Assembly (NCBI RefSeq): GCF_009914755.1
Contig: NC_060926.1
Length of the DNA stretch: 64,000 bases
Reading direction: 5' to 3' (one strand)
DNA from: the human T2T-CHM13v2.0 reference genome, Homo sapiens
In this document: in pieces, positions 1 to 13,660 of the stretch
How positions within the stretch are numbered: the stretch's first letter is position 1
Layout: each line of letters starts with the position of its first letter
The notes under the pieces: generated by a model
Told to the model about the DNA's origin: nothing
Databases searched by the model: none
Seen by the model: the letters and a program-made list of their open reading frames with translations, nothing else
Translations under genes and position numbers: made by a program

Positions 1-1097
1 TAGACCAGATTAACCAAGATAAAATTTTGGTAATGAGTATTACCTAGTAGGAAGGTAGGTTGTAAAAACAGTTTTGGTTGAAACTTGAGTCAATTTAGTT
101 GTATCAATGAACCTATCAAAATACAACTTAAGAAATAGTTGAATTCTTCAACTTTGAATGACCTTTCAGAGTCTATTTGCAAGGCGTTATTTTCTGTCTT
201 CTATTTCTTTTCCGCATGCTTGTTCACTTTACATTCCTTTACTGCCTTCACTTATTGATTGCTTGAGTAAAACAAGGCCACACCCTCTGTAGACTCTCGG
301 TAAACTGATGAGGATGAGGTTGACAGACTAGAAGGTAGGAATAATGTCTAAGTACAGAAATGGGTGTGTCAACTGCCCTCTGAATTGTGAATTCCAACAT
401 CATGTAGCTGAGGATCTCTGGAGAAATAAGCCAGTCAGCCAACTGACAAAAGAGGCTTCAGGTTTTTGACACAAGGTGTAATGACACTTGGGCAATATGA
501 CCTGTTCCATGGCATTTTACATTATGTCGTGATAATATCACAAAACATAAAGTTCTTCAGGCGATCTGCTACATCATATTCCACCATGAGTTCATAAGGA
601 ATTTAAATAGCTGATTATCAACTTGAATTAGTGTAACTGCTGCCAGATAGTTGTAAATAACAACAATAATATATTCAAAGAGTGCCCTTAGTTAAAAATA
701 CAGTAGGCAAAGAGACAGAATCAGCATTAAACGTCACACAGAAAATTCTGAGTTAAAGATTTGGGCAGCAGTCTACGTTGCACTTGACTTAGAGGTGATT
801 TTAATAGACTGGGTGGAATCAACAGACTTGCAGCACATATTCATGTTGAATGACTCTAGATGAGTGAAACAAAATACACAAAAGGAGACTAGGTGATAAT
901 TCTAAGAACCTATATTCTGGGAATAATATTATTAACAACTGTATTCAAATTTATCCTTACTTGTTCGCCGTTCTTTAATTTTCTCTTACTGAGGAGTTTG
1001 GAAATTGAATGTATTCATTCCCCAAAATTATGCCTGTGTGATGAGTTGAACTAATGTTTTTAGAAGTGAGCAGCTCAAATAATGAGAGTTTGGGGGC

Positions 1098-1160
1098 TAC
1101 TATATTGCACAACTCCAGCGGGCACTATTTACATTGTATTCTGTACTGTAAATATGACAT
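1098..1160. mobile_element. MER91-like hAT MITE fragment
   Basis: TGCACAACTCCAG-CGGGCAC followed by the hairpin ATTTACA-N13-TGTAAAT resembles the recalled MER91 palindromic core. Confidence 0.45.
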
Positions 1161-2875
1161 ATGGTTACACTGAATTTTATCTAAAAAATAAAAGAACTTC
1201 CTGACATAAACTATTACAGTTTATACCAACAGTCTACTCTATAATTGGGCCCCTCTGCAGGCTTTTAAACATAAATTGACCTCATACTCATCTTTAGAAT
1301 GGCTTATTAAGGCAGGACTCACTAAAAGTCATAATGCCTTTATAGGGGGAGTAGAGAGAAATGGAAGTTGTTGATTAAAAGAAAAACAAAAGGTAGACTA
1401 CTTGACTTAAACATCTCTTATAAGCTATCTTATTTAAATATTTAATCTTCCTTTCTCCAGAGCAGGGAAGTATTTTTTTTTTATTTTATTGCTTACATAA
1501 AATTTTCTACTACACTTGCAATTAAATGTAATGTTCTCCTACTTTCTTTGTTTTTTTCTTTCCTTCCTTACTGTTAAGAGTCATAACCACTTTAGTCCTG
1601 CAATGAGATTAACATCCCTGGAAATATGAAAAATAAGATACCTTAAGAAATACTTGACATGAAGGGTGTAAGATGTGATCGACTTTCACCAGCCTCTGCA
1701 CAAAGACTCCTTGGCAAAAGAAAGTCAAAGAGAGGAAAAAAAAAAAAAAAAAGGCATGAACTAGAACTATAGGTTTTTAACCTTTCCGATTTTTATCATA
1801 GGTGAAAGCAGATCTATGAAACTACTCTATTCTCTACAAACCTGAAGAGAGCCAGGCAAGTTGGGCTCCACATGTCTTGTTATCATTCCAGTAGTACTAT
1901 CTTGGGAAGAGATTATTTCAGTTCTGGAAATGCTAATAGGTTGGCAACATTCCCCCAAGTCTTTCTAGCTTGAAGGAAGGAATGAGGGCAGAGTGCAGCA
2001 AGTTACTTGGAGTACTTGCATTTCTGAAGTCCTCCAAATGGCTTACCTACTATTTCCCCAGCACTTTGCTGGGTCTGTGAAACAACTTCTATGCCGGGGA
2101 ATTTGAAACTTCCTAAATGGTTGAGGTGGTGCTGGGGACACGTTGTTACCTGTGTGTGTGCTTAAAACTCACTTACATGCTCACCACAAATCAAACATTT
2201 GTTTTCCAACCAGTAAAGAGGAAGTAAATTCAGATTCAAGTTTCTTTAGGAACGAGACCATGCTGAGAGGCAAATGAATGGCCACTGTGGGGAATTTATT
2301 TCTCCTGCTGAAAAAGCAAAGGCTAATAATAATTGAGGTTGATTTGCAAAATGCACAGCTTTACAATAATCATATGATACCTAGTAATTTTGAAATTGAG
2401 GTAAAAAAAGGAAGCACTTCAGAAGTCGGAATTATGAAAATCAAGAAGTTGCTTAAAATATTTGAGGGTGTGCTTAGATAATCAAATGCCATATGCTTTA
2501 TTTGCTTCTGATGAGAGATCATGTTTTCCCTTGGAACAAATTACACACACAGGTGTTTGACACAGGGTTTATAAACTACCAAGAGGAGCCAGAATGTTTG
2601 GGGTTGGGGTAGGAGGTATTAATTTGGGGAAGGTGATACTTGGTGGGGACGGTGGGGACGGGGTGGAAAGAACAGGCAGTAGGAAAAAACAAGTGTTTTA
2701 GCCATATTTGCAAACTAGGTAGAGTTGTTAGAATTAGAATTTACCACCTAAGTGTAAACCCACCCTGATTTACGCAGTCAGATTCAGACTTTACTTCTCA
2801 ACTACTTTGCTTATGAGTCACTCCTGTAAGAGAAATGAGAAATAATAGAATTAACATACAAATTTGCTTGTGTTT

Positions 2876-2920
2876 TATATATGTATATATATGTATGTAT
2901 ATGTATGTATATTTATTTAT
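2876..2920. repeat. degenerate (TA/TATG)n microsatellite
   Basis: TATATATGTATATATATGTATGTATATGTATGTATAT seen directly. Confidence 0.8.
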
Positions 2921-3577
2921 GCCTGCTATATGGAAACTATATACATAAGCTAGGTTAATAATTGTTTTTTTCCTACTCACAGATTCAAAAGGAAATAATT
3001 ATCACTCATGGTACAGACGAGCAAACTGAGACTAATTTTAGTTCTTCTCATACTGACAGATGCTTGATAGAGAAGATACTTGTTGCCTGAAATATAAGAC
3101 GTCACTATCATAATTTCTATAAGGAAATATAAAATATTGTTTTTGAGCTGGAGTCTATAATGAAACATTGCCATTGAAAATTGACCCAGGTCTGTAAAGT
3201 AAGATAGACAGTTTGACATTTCATAGATATTGTTTTCGGATATAAAAAATAACAAATAAAAAAAGAAGTGTTAACTAGACAGAATTAGGCCCACTACACA
3301 GATTTTATGATATTACATTAACTGTTCTGACTAGTATGTAGACTGTGATAGTTTGTTCTATATGACAGCCAAACATCCTGATGGAAACAGTAAATTCAGT
3401 AATATTCAATAATATACCTTATAGAAGTAGGTTTTAAAAAGTTATCAGAATGATTCATTTCAGGAGAGACTCTCTCAACTGGTCCATATGAATTAGGATG
3501 TGTTTAAACTCTCTTAAGTCTGTCTTCGAGTCAGGAACGTTTCAGAAACAAAAATTAATGAAGATGGAAAGGTAACC

Positions 3578-4010
3578 TTTTATTTATTTTATTATTTTTT
3601 AAAATTATACTTTAAGTTTTGGGATACAAGTGCAGAATGTGCAGGTTTGTTACATAGGTATACATGTGCCATGGTGGTTTGCTGCACCCATCAACCTGTC
3701 ATATACATTGGTATTTCTCCTAATGCTATCCCTCCCCTAGCCCCCCATCCCCTAATAGGTCCTGATATGTGATGTTCCCCCCCCCGTGCCCATATGTTCT
3801 CATTGTTCGGCTCCCACTTCTGAGTGAGAACATGTGGTATTTGGCTTTCTGTTCCTGTGTTAGAATGATGGTTTCCAGCTTCATCCATGTCCCTGCAAAG
3901 GACATGAACTCATCCTTTTTTGTGGTTGCATAGTATTCCATGGTGTATATGTGACACATTTTCTTTATGCAGTGTATAATTGATGGGCTTTTGGGTTCAT
4001 TCCAAGTCTT
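3578..4010 (-). mobile_element. 5'-truncated L1PA (PA7/PA8-like) 3' end
   Basis: T-rich tail, then TTATACTTTAAGTT...GTGCAGGTTTGTTACATAGG...CCATGGTGGTTTGCTGCACCCATCAACC. The minus-strand ORF MEYYATTKKDEFMSFAGTWMKLETIIL is the L1 ORF2 C-terminus. Confidence 0.92.
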
Positions 4011-7000
4011 TAATCTTTTGAAAGCTCTGAAAGCATATTTTATAAAAACACATTCAAAGCAATTGAATATTATAGCAAAGGAATTAGCTACAACAGACAG
4101 AAATTAACCATTTTAATTCTCACAGTTATTTTAATTCTGACAATTTTTTTTAAATTCCAAAACATTATCTCAAAATATAGAATGCTTGAATATTTATTAT
4201 TTCTCTTTGAATACATATTACTTAAGGTAATTTCCATTATGTGTGATTTTCTGAAATTAATTACAAAAACTCATGTTTTGTGTTTTATTAAATTTTAAAA
4301 TAATTTTAAAACAATAATAATTGAGCACTAGAACATTTTTAATAGTTTCTAGCTGAAGTCAACTAACGACCCAAATAGGATGTTAAAATTGTAAAACAAT
4401 CAACCACTTTTGTTAAATGATAACTTGCACCAAAACCAAGTTAAATGTGAAAATATTTCTTTCTTCTCAGTGTACTCAATAATAAACTCATGGGTAGGTT
4501 TTGAAAGGCAGCACTCACAATTAGTCTGACTTATCTGGAAATGCTGTTTTTTGGTAAACAGGATTTGACTTACATTATATCCATTTTTGATAGAATATTA
4601 TAATTATACAAGTCAAATGTGTTGAAAATCATTTAGGAAAGGTAATATGCTTTTTTGCAACCAGGTTATTAGTGATGTTTGAATCTTGAACAAACCTAGA
4701 ACTGTAAGGTTTCTTTTCTCATTGTTGTTCTGACTGTAACTACTTAAAAATATGTGTGGAGGTGGCAAAGAGGTTGAACTGTAGTGATGTATAACCGGTA
4801 AATTTCCAAACTGGATGACTCAGCCGCATATAGCCAGCCCAATTTGTACTGATTTTACCAACGTAAGGCCTGCTGATAAATGGTAATAACAATGAAAAGA
4901 GATATTTTAAAACAATAATTTTAGCTTCCCTGTGAAATTTCTTATCTTTGCTTTCTTCCAATGTTTATTTACTCCAGTGCAAATGGATAGAGTTTCCGTA
5001 TCCTTCCTCAGACTTGCAACTTCATTTATAAGATTTTAAGGTGTAGTTTAACTGATAAGGGGGAAACATTGCTTAATCTGGACAATTTGGAAATGTTAGT
5101 TGTAACAAAGTACGAAGAATTTAAAAGTTGTAGAACTAACATTTTTTTTCCTTATAACAAGATCTTTTACTTAAAGATAATTGACTTAAGATCATAATGG
5201 ATTACTACCTTGCTCATCTTATATTTCTACTAAGATGGGGAGGGAGGGTGGGATTGGAAAAGATTTTCCCTTTTCAAACTAGTGCTTTTCAGATAAACAA
5301 TAATAGGCAAAAATTCTTCATTACTATTGAGTTTCTACTTTTAATTTAATTATTTTTAATGGAAATGTTAAGTATGTACCTTTAAGATACTCCATAACTT
5401 CAAAAAATTCCAATGTGGGTTATATATAGTGTTTTATTTTTAGTACTGAATGGAATTATCCCCTTTCTTTTTGTTCTTGTTTTATTTATCTTTTAAGAAA
5501 ATAATCAAGCAATCCTCAAAGGTAAGGAGTTTTACTGCCTAGCTCAATTTCATAAGATAATTGTGTGCTACTTAAAACTAAGTTCCAAATCTAAGGTGAA
5601 CAATTATAGATGTACTTCAAAGGGACAAAATAGATTTTTTACCAAAAGGAATTCTGAAAACATGACATGGGAAATGCACTTAGTGTTTTATTTAACAGTT
5701 ATGTACTAATAAAAAATCAATATAGATATATAATTAGGAGTTATACATCCAGGAGTTTCACTCATCCTGGTGAGCTCTTTCCTCTAACATCTTTAGTGAG
5801 GTTTGTGAAATATTAGTTGTACATATCCTTCCAGTCTGGAATTACCTACTTGAGTTATCTTTTTCTTTTACTGGTTAAAATAGCTTGAAATTTTGGAAAA
5901 CTTAATGTCTTTCTTTTCTCCCTCTGCCTTTACTGGCAATTATTTTCTGGCAACTGATTAACTATACAAGTATAGTTCTCATGTAAGATTACATACTGGA
6001 AAAGTTGTCATAAGTAGGATATTAGCTATGTTACTTTTAAAGGGTAAAACCTGTTCTATTTGAGGTTGATTTTCATAATTTTTAGTCATTATCTAGATAA
6101 TATTCTCATTAGAAAGTAGCTGATAATTAAGGTAATTAGAACTGAAGGCATTAATCTTTTCGCAAAGAACACCATTTCCAAACGGTGTGGGTTTAAGTTA
6201 GAAGAACAGGAACCAGACCAATATGGGGCCAAGTTTGGCTGACTCAATATAACAACACTGAGATGTGATGGTGTTGGCATAATGACATCATGACTCCTTT
6301 GGGACCAATGTTTTGGAGTGCAGGTGGCAGCGCTAGACTGATCTCATCGGAAAATAGCTAACCCATACAAACCAACTTTTTCAGGGTCTAGAACTGCTTT
6401 TTCCTGTCCATCCTCACCACTAGAGGAAAGGACGTGTGTAAGTGGCATTTCAATATTAACTTTGAGATGTTATAGGTTATTGAGAACCAAATATCCTACT
6501 TGACCATTAAAGCACCTATTCAGCTATTAATTAAAACTTTAAATATCAATGGGCCAAGGTATTGAGGAAGTCTAACAATCAATTTGTATCTATCACCATT
6601 ACTTTTCTGGCATTTATTCATTCCTCCTGTGGACTACATAGTATCAAAATTTAATCATATAAACTACTAAAAGGTGAAAAGAATTGTGTAAATTGAATTA
6701 CTCAGAATAATTTCCCATCCTTGTGACTTCACCTTATTTAGTAAATATATTACAAGTATAAAGATATAGCTGTATCTATATTTGATTTTAAGGTTTCAAA
6801 ATATTTAATTTTTAAATTTGTACAAATTTTCTGATACTTTTTAAATGTACATGCAAAAACAAAACCACCAAAGTAAAAAATTGTCATTAAGATCCTGTCT
6901 GGGCTATTAGTTCAGAGCTGTTTGGATGATGCCAGACCCAAATATGTATCATTAAAGAAGTAAACCTAATTCAAACCTGATTCAAGGCATGCCCAACAAA

Positions 7001-9184
7001 TAATGTTTTATCACCTCTAGAGATCTTATTTCTTGATATCTTTGATTTGCATGTAATGTAAATATCTATGGATGTTTAATGCAGCAAGACAGAAAGCCTC
7101 GAAATCTAGAAGGAAGAATAAATTATATAACTGATTAATACTCGTTGATTATTTAGTAAGTATTCTTAAGTTTTCAAGGAAATGTTGCTATTATTCACAC
7201 ACAGCAAAAACACAGATGGACGGTCTTTTGCAGCAACATTTATGTTCATATGAACTTTACTTTATAAAGCAAAGAGCTAAATATTTTATGAAAAGGGCAA
7301 TAATCTGTTTATGGAAAGATGCAGGAGCATCTCTTTAGGAAAGTAGTTTGTTCTGAGTTCATAAGTTGACAATCTATTTGTAGCTATCATTTGAAATTCA
7401 TACCATTTCCTTCTCACAGCCATTCACTACCACTCACCATGCAAGGTTCTATAAGTTCTCCCATTTGGATGCCCTTAAGAGAGCCTTGCAATGACAGATG
7501 GTTTGGTTAATTACAAAATTAAACTCTGTGCTATTGAGACATGATTTCAGTGAATAATATTTTCCAGACAGAGTTTAATAAGCAGCTTGCGGTTGAGTAG
7601 CCTTTAGCCCAAAAAAGGGAACCAGGTCTCTGTGACTACCTTCTACATTCAGAGAGCATGAGCTTAGAGGATGTTAACTTGACCACCCCAGGAACTCAGT
7701 TCCAGTAACCTTATCAGGGTCTACCAGAGTGACCCCACCCTAAGCATTGTGAAAGAAGGACTGTTGAAATAGCACCTGGCATTTCACGCTGAACTCCTGT
7801 AACACTTGCTGATTCACTGACCACAGTGAAGGGAAAGTACACTGGATATTCAGCCGGCCTTTATGGGTGAGCCCTGCTGGTAAACATGAACTCATCTGAG
7901 AAGTCACAGGTTTTAAAATTCACATGCAGCAACTTTGAATTTTTTTTTTGAAATATGGTAAAACAAATCAATTTTTAAAATATGAAATTTAAATAGATTA
8001 AAACTAGAAATCTAAATATTTGTAAAAGGAATAACTTTTACAATCACAGATCTTTCGTTGTCATTGATGATGTATTTCCTCCTGGAAAGTAATTAAAATA
8101 ATTGACATCTGATATGACCAGACATCTGATTTTTGGTGAACAGATTTTCTCAAGGTAATTTGGGAAGACTATGCTTGACTATGTTTGACTAACTTGAATA
8201 GGTTTAAGGGAGGAAGTTTCTAGATCTGGCCACTAGTTCTGATATTTATTAGTTTTAGAAACAATATCTGATTTAAGTAGAACCAAACAAGACTAACTTG
8301 GATTTGTAATAAGTCAGAAAACTGATAATGCATGCAATGATCTCCAAGATTTTATTTTTACTTCTTATATATATACTTGGAAAATACTACTAAATTCAAC
8401 AGATTTTTTTCCTCTAATAAATTGATCACTGCTTTTACTAAGTCAAAGGTATAAAAAATATCTGAAGCAACCAGATGATAAGTTAATTACCATCCAGAAA
8501 ATATTTAAACAACTATGCTCCCATGAAAATTCTCCTGCTCAGTTTTCTTAGTTATATCTTCAATACTTTTTTTGAGATGTTAGTTACATGATGCTGTGAT
8601 CTGTCTTTTCCATTTTTCTATCACTACAGAAAATTTACGATGATGTATAGCATATATTTAATAAAAAGTTTTAAAATAAAAAATGACTAGACAATTTAGA
8701 ATACGAGTACCAAAATTTAAATCAATTCAGCAAATGTCTGCTTCTTATATAAAATATTGTTTAGCTGATAGAACTGGCAGATTACGTAAGTACTCTCTGA
8801 ATGAAAGACGGCAACTCTATATTTTAACAATGATAGCACACACTGTGGTCTAATGACCTAGGGGCAGAGTTGTAACAAAATGAATGGTAAAATTTATTAG
8901 AAAAGCATAACAAAAGTAAAGAAGCCACAATTTTTCAATTATAATATTTCTATAAGTTACTAGAATATTTCTATAAGTGGGAAATAGGATGAGTAAAACA
9001 AATAAACATTTATTGTGCCCTTTTCACATGCATTACACATTATTGCTTTTCATCTTAATGAAACTGATAAGGACTTGGGAAACTTAGGATCAGAGAAATT
9101 GTTTAATTGTTGAGGGCAGACAGAAAGATACTAAGTCACAAATTTAGTAAAGACTTTCTTTATAACCCAGTATGTGCTTAATTT

Positions 9185-11940
9185 TTAAAATCAACCCTAT
9201 TGAAGTATAATATGCCTTCAACAAAATGTACCTATTTTAAACTATTGAAAACGTGTGCACGTAGAACCACACCACAATCCATATAGAATCTTTCCAACAT
9301 CCCCCAAAGTTTCTTTGTGTCCTAAACTAGACAACCCCTTTCTCCCAACTGACCCAGAAAACCACTAATTTGCTTTCTGTCACCATATGATTCTTGTTTC
9401 ATTTAGACTTGAGCATATACGACATATAATTTTTAGTGTCTGGCTAATTTCACTCAGCATAGAGGTTTTAAGTTTCATCCATGTTATGATCTGTACTGTT
9501 GTCTTTCTTTTCCCCGAGTTCCAAGGAATTCCATTGTATTCCACTGTATGTTTACGACAAATTATCATTTCTTCATTAATGGTTAGTGATTTTACTATTA
9601 AATAAATATTTATTAAGTAAATATTTGCTTATCCTAATGTTGTTAAAATATTTTTTCACATTTCTACCAAAGTTTTATAATTTTAGCTTTTACGTTATTA
9701 TTTGATCTATTTTGGTTTGTATGTGTGTGTGTGTGTGTGTGTGTATGTGTGTGTGTGTGGTTGGGTCGGGGTCTGTTGAGAGATACTTTATTCCATGTGG
9801 ATAAATAGCCAGGTTCCAGCATCATGTTTTTTAGAAGACCATGTTCCCTCCATTGAGCTACCTTGGCATCATTGTCAGAAATCAATAGACCCTACAGATA
9901 CTCTGTAACTGATTAATATCTATTGCCAATATTATGCTATCTTGATTACCTTAGCTTTTCAGTTAAGTTTATACACCAGAATGTACAAGTTCTCCAAATT
10001 TATTCTTCTTTTTGAAATTGTTTGGGCTGTTCTATGTTCTTTGCCTTTAGAACAGACAAAGACACAAAATTTCTGTGGGGACTTTTATTGAGATTGCATT
10101 GAATCAGTAGACTAACTTGGAGACAGCTGGCATCTTAACAACAGTTATTCTTTCAGTGCATTGATTGGAGAGAGTTGATACCTTAACAGTCTTTATTCTT
10201 CCAGTGCATGAATATTTATGTATTTAAATAACTTCAGGAGTAAAGTTTTTGACACATTTTGTTATATTTATTTCTATTTTTATATTTTTGATATTATTTT
10301 AATTTTTAAAATATATTTAAAAAAATTATTTATTGCTACGCTGCAGAAATACAACTGATTTTTTTCACATTGACCTTGTAGCTTGTGAACTCTGTAAGTA
10401 ATTAATTTTAGTGGCATTTTTGTAGATTTCTAAGATTTTACATGCACAAGATTATGTCTTTTTATAATAAATAGAGCTTTACTTTTCTAACTCCAGTGTA
10501 TATGCCTTTTATTTATTTTGCTTGTCTTAATGCTGAGGCTAAGACTGCTAGTACAACAGTCAAAAGCAGTAAGAGAAGGCATTCTTAGTTTTTACAGTAT
10601 TAGAGAATAATATATATTCTTTATACTCACTTTGTGTAACATAAATCCAGTCAAATTTATTGAAATTTGTTTTTTGGCCTATCACATACACTATTTTGGT
10701 GAATGTTCCATGTGCACCTAAAAAGAATATTCATTCTGCTGTTGATGGTAAAATTAATGGTGCTTCATAAGTGTCAATTAAGTCAAATTGATTTTTAATA
10801 TTATTCATGTCTTCTTTATACTAATTTTTTTGGTCTACTTAAACTGCTAATTACTGAGACATGAGTATTGAAATTTCTAAGTATGACAGCTTTTGTTTCC
10901 TCTTTCATTTACATCATTTGCACCATTTATTTTGAAGGTCTATTAATAGGTGGGTACAGACATTTATTATTATGACATATCTTTTTATTTCTGGTACTCG
11001 TCCTTGTCCTGAACCCTATCCTACATGATATTAATATAGTCACTTCAGCTTTTATAAAAGTAGTTTTAACAGTACATATCTTTTCATAGTTTCTTATTTA
11101 ACATGTCTGTGTTTGCATAATTGAAATGTGTGTATAATAAAAAACATGTCATTTGTTCTTTCTTAATACATTTTTCTAATTTGTGTGTTTAATTGCAATG
11201 CTGAGACCATTTACATTTTGTTACTTTCTAATTTGAAACATGAAAATATATATTAGAAAATATGTTTCTAATTGACCTACCTATACTTCATTTCTCTTTT
11301 TTCTCCCTTATTTTGGATTACTTGAGTATTTTTTATTACTCTGTTTCATCTCCATTCTTGGCTTATTAGCTTGATTTCCTTGTATCTGTTCTCTTTTAAT
11401 TGATCTAGAGTTACAATTCACATCTTAAACTTATCCCAATCCACCTAAGAACAATATGATAACACTTGAAGTAGAACAAAAGAATTCTTTAAGCATATAT
11501 GACCATCTCTGCTGCTTTGTTATTTTCCTGTTTTTGTATATTTTACTTTTACATATTTATACACCCCATAATATAGTGGTGTTATTTTTGCTTTAAAGAA
11601 TTGATTATCTTTAATGCATCTTCAATTTTTAAAATATTTTTAATTTTTAAAATTTTTCCTGTGGGTCAGAAAAGAATGTATTTTAGGCAATGTTTGGCAT
11701 ATGACCAATAAGTCAAAATAATAGTTATGTTAAAAATTTTACTGCCTTTTATAACTTGCTGGATGTATCAGGGTGATGTTTATGAGAGCAAAATGTTCAC
11801 ATTTTCTAATATGTTTGCAAAATTGTCAATTTTTTGCAGTCATTTCAATTTTCAAGTTGTGTTTTGGCTGTATATGTATTTAGAATTGTCTTAATTTTCT
11901 GGTGAATTTAATCTGATACTAACATAGCTATTAATGTAAC
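9185..11940 (-). mobile_element. ancient fragmented L1M (L1MD/ME-like), 3' UTR plus ORF2 pieces
   Basis: 3'UTR-like motifs (TATTGAAGTATAA, ACCACTAATTTGCTTTCTGTC, TTTCACTCAGCATA) and ORF2 motifs (GAGATTGCATTGAATC; GGTGAATGTTCCATGTGCAC...TTCTGCTGTTG), with internal gaps. Confidence 0.75.
9718..9759. repeat. (TG)n microsatellite
   Basis: About 20 TG units with TA interruptions. Confidence 0.95.
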
Positions 11941-11964
11941 CTTTGCAGGTAGAAAATTAAGGCT

Positions 11965-12450
11965 CATAATGCTACTACAAAGACACATGCACATGTATGT
12001 TTATTGCTGCACTGTTCACAATAGCGAAGACTTGGAACCAACCAAAATGTCCATCAATGACTGGATTAAGAAAATGTGGCACATAAACACCATGGAAGAT
12101 TATGCAGCCATAAAAAAAGTTGAGTTCATATCCTTTGGAGCGACATGGATGAAGCTGGAAACCATCATTCTGAGCAAACTATCACAAGGACAGAAAACCA
12201 AACACCGCATGTTCTCACTCATAGGTGGGAACTGAACAATGAGAACACAGGGACACAGGAAGGGGAACATCACACACTGGGGCCTGTCGTGGGGTGGGGG
12301 AATGGGGGAGGGATAGCATTAGGAGGAATACCTAATGTAAATGACGAGTTAATGGGTGCAGCAAACCAACATGGCACATGTATACATATGTAACAAACCT
12401 GCATGTTGTGCACATGTACCCTAGAACTTAAAGTATAATAAAAAAAAAAA
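11965..12450 (+). mobile_element. 5'-truncated L1PA4-6-like element with perfect 14-bp TSD
   Basis: L1 ORF2 C-terminus (WMKLETIILSKLSQGQKTKHRMFSLIGGN), 3'UTR and poly-A. TSD AGAAAATTAAGGCT at 11951-11964 and 12451-12464. Confidence 0.96.
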
Positions 12451-12589
12451 AGAAAATTAAGGCTATTTGTAATAGGTCAAAAATAATTAAGAAAGTACCA
12501 ATCTTTAGGAAAGGTAAATATTGATGTCACAGTTTGCCCATAGGAACATATCACAATCTCTGGTGACTTGGAGTGTGAGGATATTGGTT

Positions 12590-12997
12590 CACAAGGTTAA
12601 ATAAGAATGGAAAAAAGAGGGAGAAATTTCAAAACACATCTAACCAGATTTCCAGACATGTTAAGGAGAAATTGGAGGGAGGAAGAATTTAAAACAATGC
12701 CGGGTAAGAATTATCCTGACAATGAAATCTAGCCATTCTTGGGTTTAGGAAGTCATTAAATACTGAGTTGAAAAGAAATGAAGGCTCTATACAAGTACAA
12801 ATCACTGAGCTGCAGAACAGTAATGAAGGAAAAAAAAATCTTAAAAGCAGCCAGAGGAAAAAAATACAGATAATTTAAAAATTAATGGCAAGCAGAACAA
12901 AGAGCTGACTTTTTAACAGCAATAGTGAAAGGAAGCAGTTGACTTTATCTTCAAGGTATGGTGAAGAAACAACAGACCATCAGAATGCTATGCCCAG
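12590..12997 (+). mobile_element. HAL1 or ancient L1M ORF1 fragment
   Basis: AAAATCTTAAAAGCAGCCAGAGGAAAA (ILKAAR motif), GCTGACTTTTTAACAGCAA and AGAATGCTATGCCCAG are typical of the L1 ORF1 C-terminal half. Confidence 0.6.
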
Positions 12998-13026
12998 TGT
13001 TAAGAATTAAATTGTCTCCCAAAAAG
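12998..13026 (+). mobile_element. MLT1C LTR, first 29 bp separated from its body by an inversion
   Basis: TGTTAAGAATTAAATTGTCTCCCAAAAAG resembles the recalled MLT1B/C start TGTTATGGGTTGAATTGTGTCCCCCCAAAAG. Confidence 0.7.
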
Positions 13027-13256
13027 TACTTATAGGTGGGCATGGCTTGACAGTGTGGACAATCAATTAGGAAAGGGTAGGTTTATGTAAAATAGGTGAG
13101 GGGTGGAGGTCAATCAGAGGAAAACGCGCCAAATGGGAAGACAAGTTCTCAATTGTTGCTTGGCTTTCAGGCTTTAAACTGTCTTTGGCTTGGAGGGGTT
13201 TCCCCGGGAGCCCACCCCTCTCTACCTAGGCATTTAGCTGCCTTCTGCCACTCTCA
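13027..13256 (-). mobile_element. ERV1-class LTR 5' fragment (MER50/LTR29-like)
   Basis: Reverse complement begins TGAGAGTGGCAGAAGGCAGCTAAATGCCTAGG...CCAAGCCAAAGACAGTTTAAAGCCTGAAAGCCAAG and is truncated after ~230 bp. Confidence 0.75.
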
Positions 13257-13660
13257 GTACCACAAACTGAGTTGCCTAAAACAACAAAATTTATTTCTTT
13301 CACAATTTTGATATCTAAAAGTTTGAAACCAAGGTGTCAGCAGGACCACGCTCCTTCTAAAACCTGCAGTAGAGAATCCTTTCCTGCTTCTTTTGAGTTT
13401 CTGGTGTTTTATTGGCGATTCTTTGCATACCTTGCCGTGTAGCTACCACACTTCAACCTCTACCTCCATTGTCACATGATATTATCTCTTGTGTCTCTTT
13501 GTCTCTTTTCCTCTTTTTACAAAGGCACCAGTCATATTGGATTAATGGCTCATCCTACTTCACTATGACTTTATCTTAACTTAAATAGTTACATCTGTAA
13601 GGACCCAATTTCCAAATAAAGTCACAATCTGAGATACTGTGTGTTAGGACTTCAACATAT
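13257..13660 (-). mobile_element. MLT1C (MaLR) LTR body
   Basis: Reverse complement ATATGTTGAAGTCCTAAC...TTATTTGGAAAT...AATCCAATATGACTGGTG...GCTGACACCTTG...AATAAATTTTGTTGTTT...TTTGTGGTAC. Confidence 0.88.

Noticed and set aside
293-334. 42-bp AG...GT bounded exon-like segment
   Set aside because: Stops in all three frames and a weak polypyrimidine tract.
4740-4961. 73-aa minus-strand ORF with an acceptor-like TTTATCAGCAG
   Set aside because: No recognisable protein, non-ATG start and poor downstream donor; the region is better treated as possibly regulatory.
13026-13260. GTAC on both sides of the ERV1 LTR fragment as a possible TSD
   Set aside because: The LTR is incomplete and lacks a terminal dinucleotide at the left end, so the left GTAC is better explained as the inversion junction.
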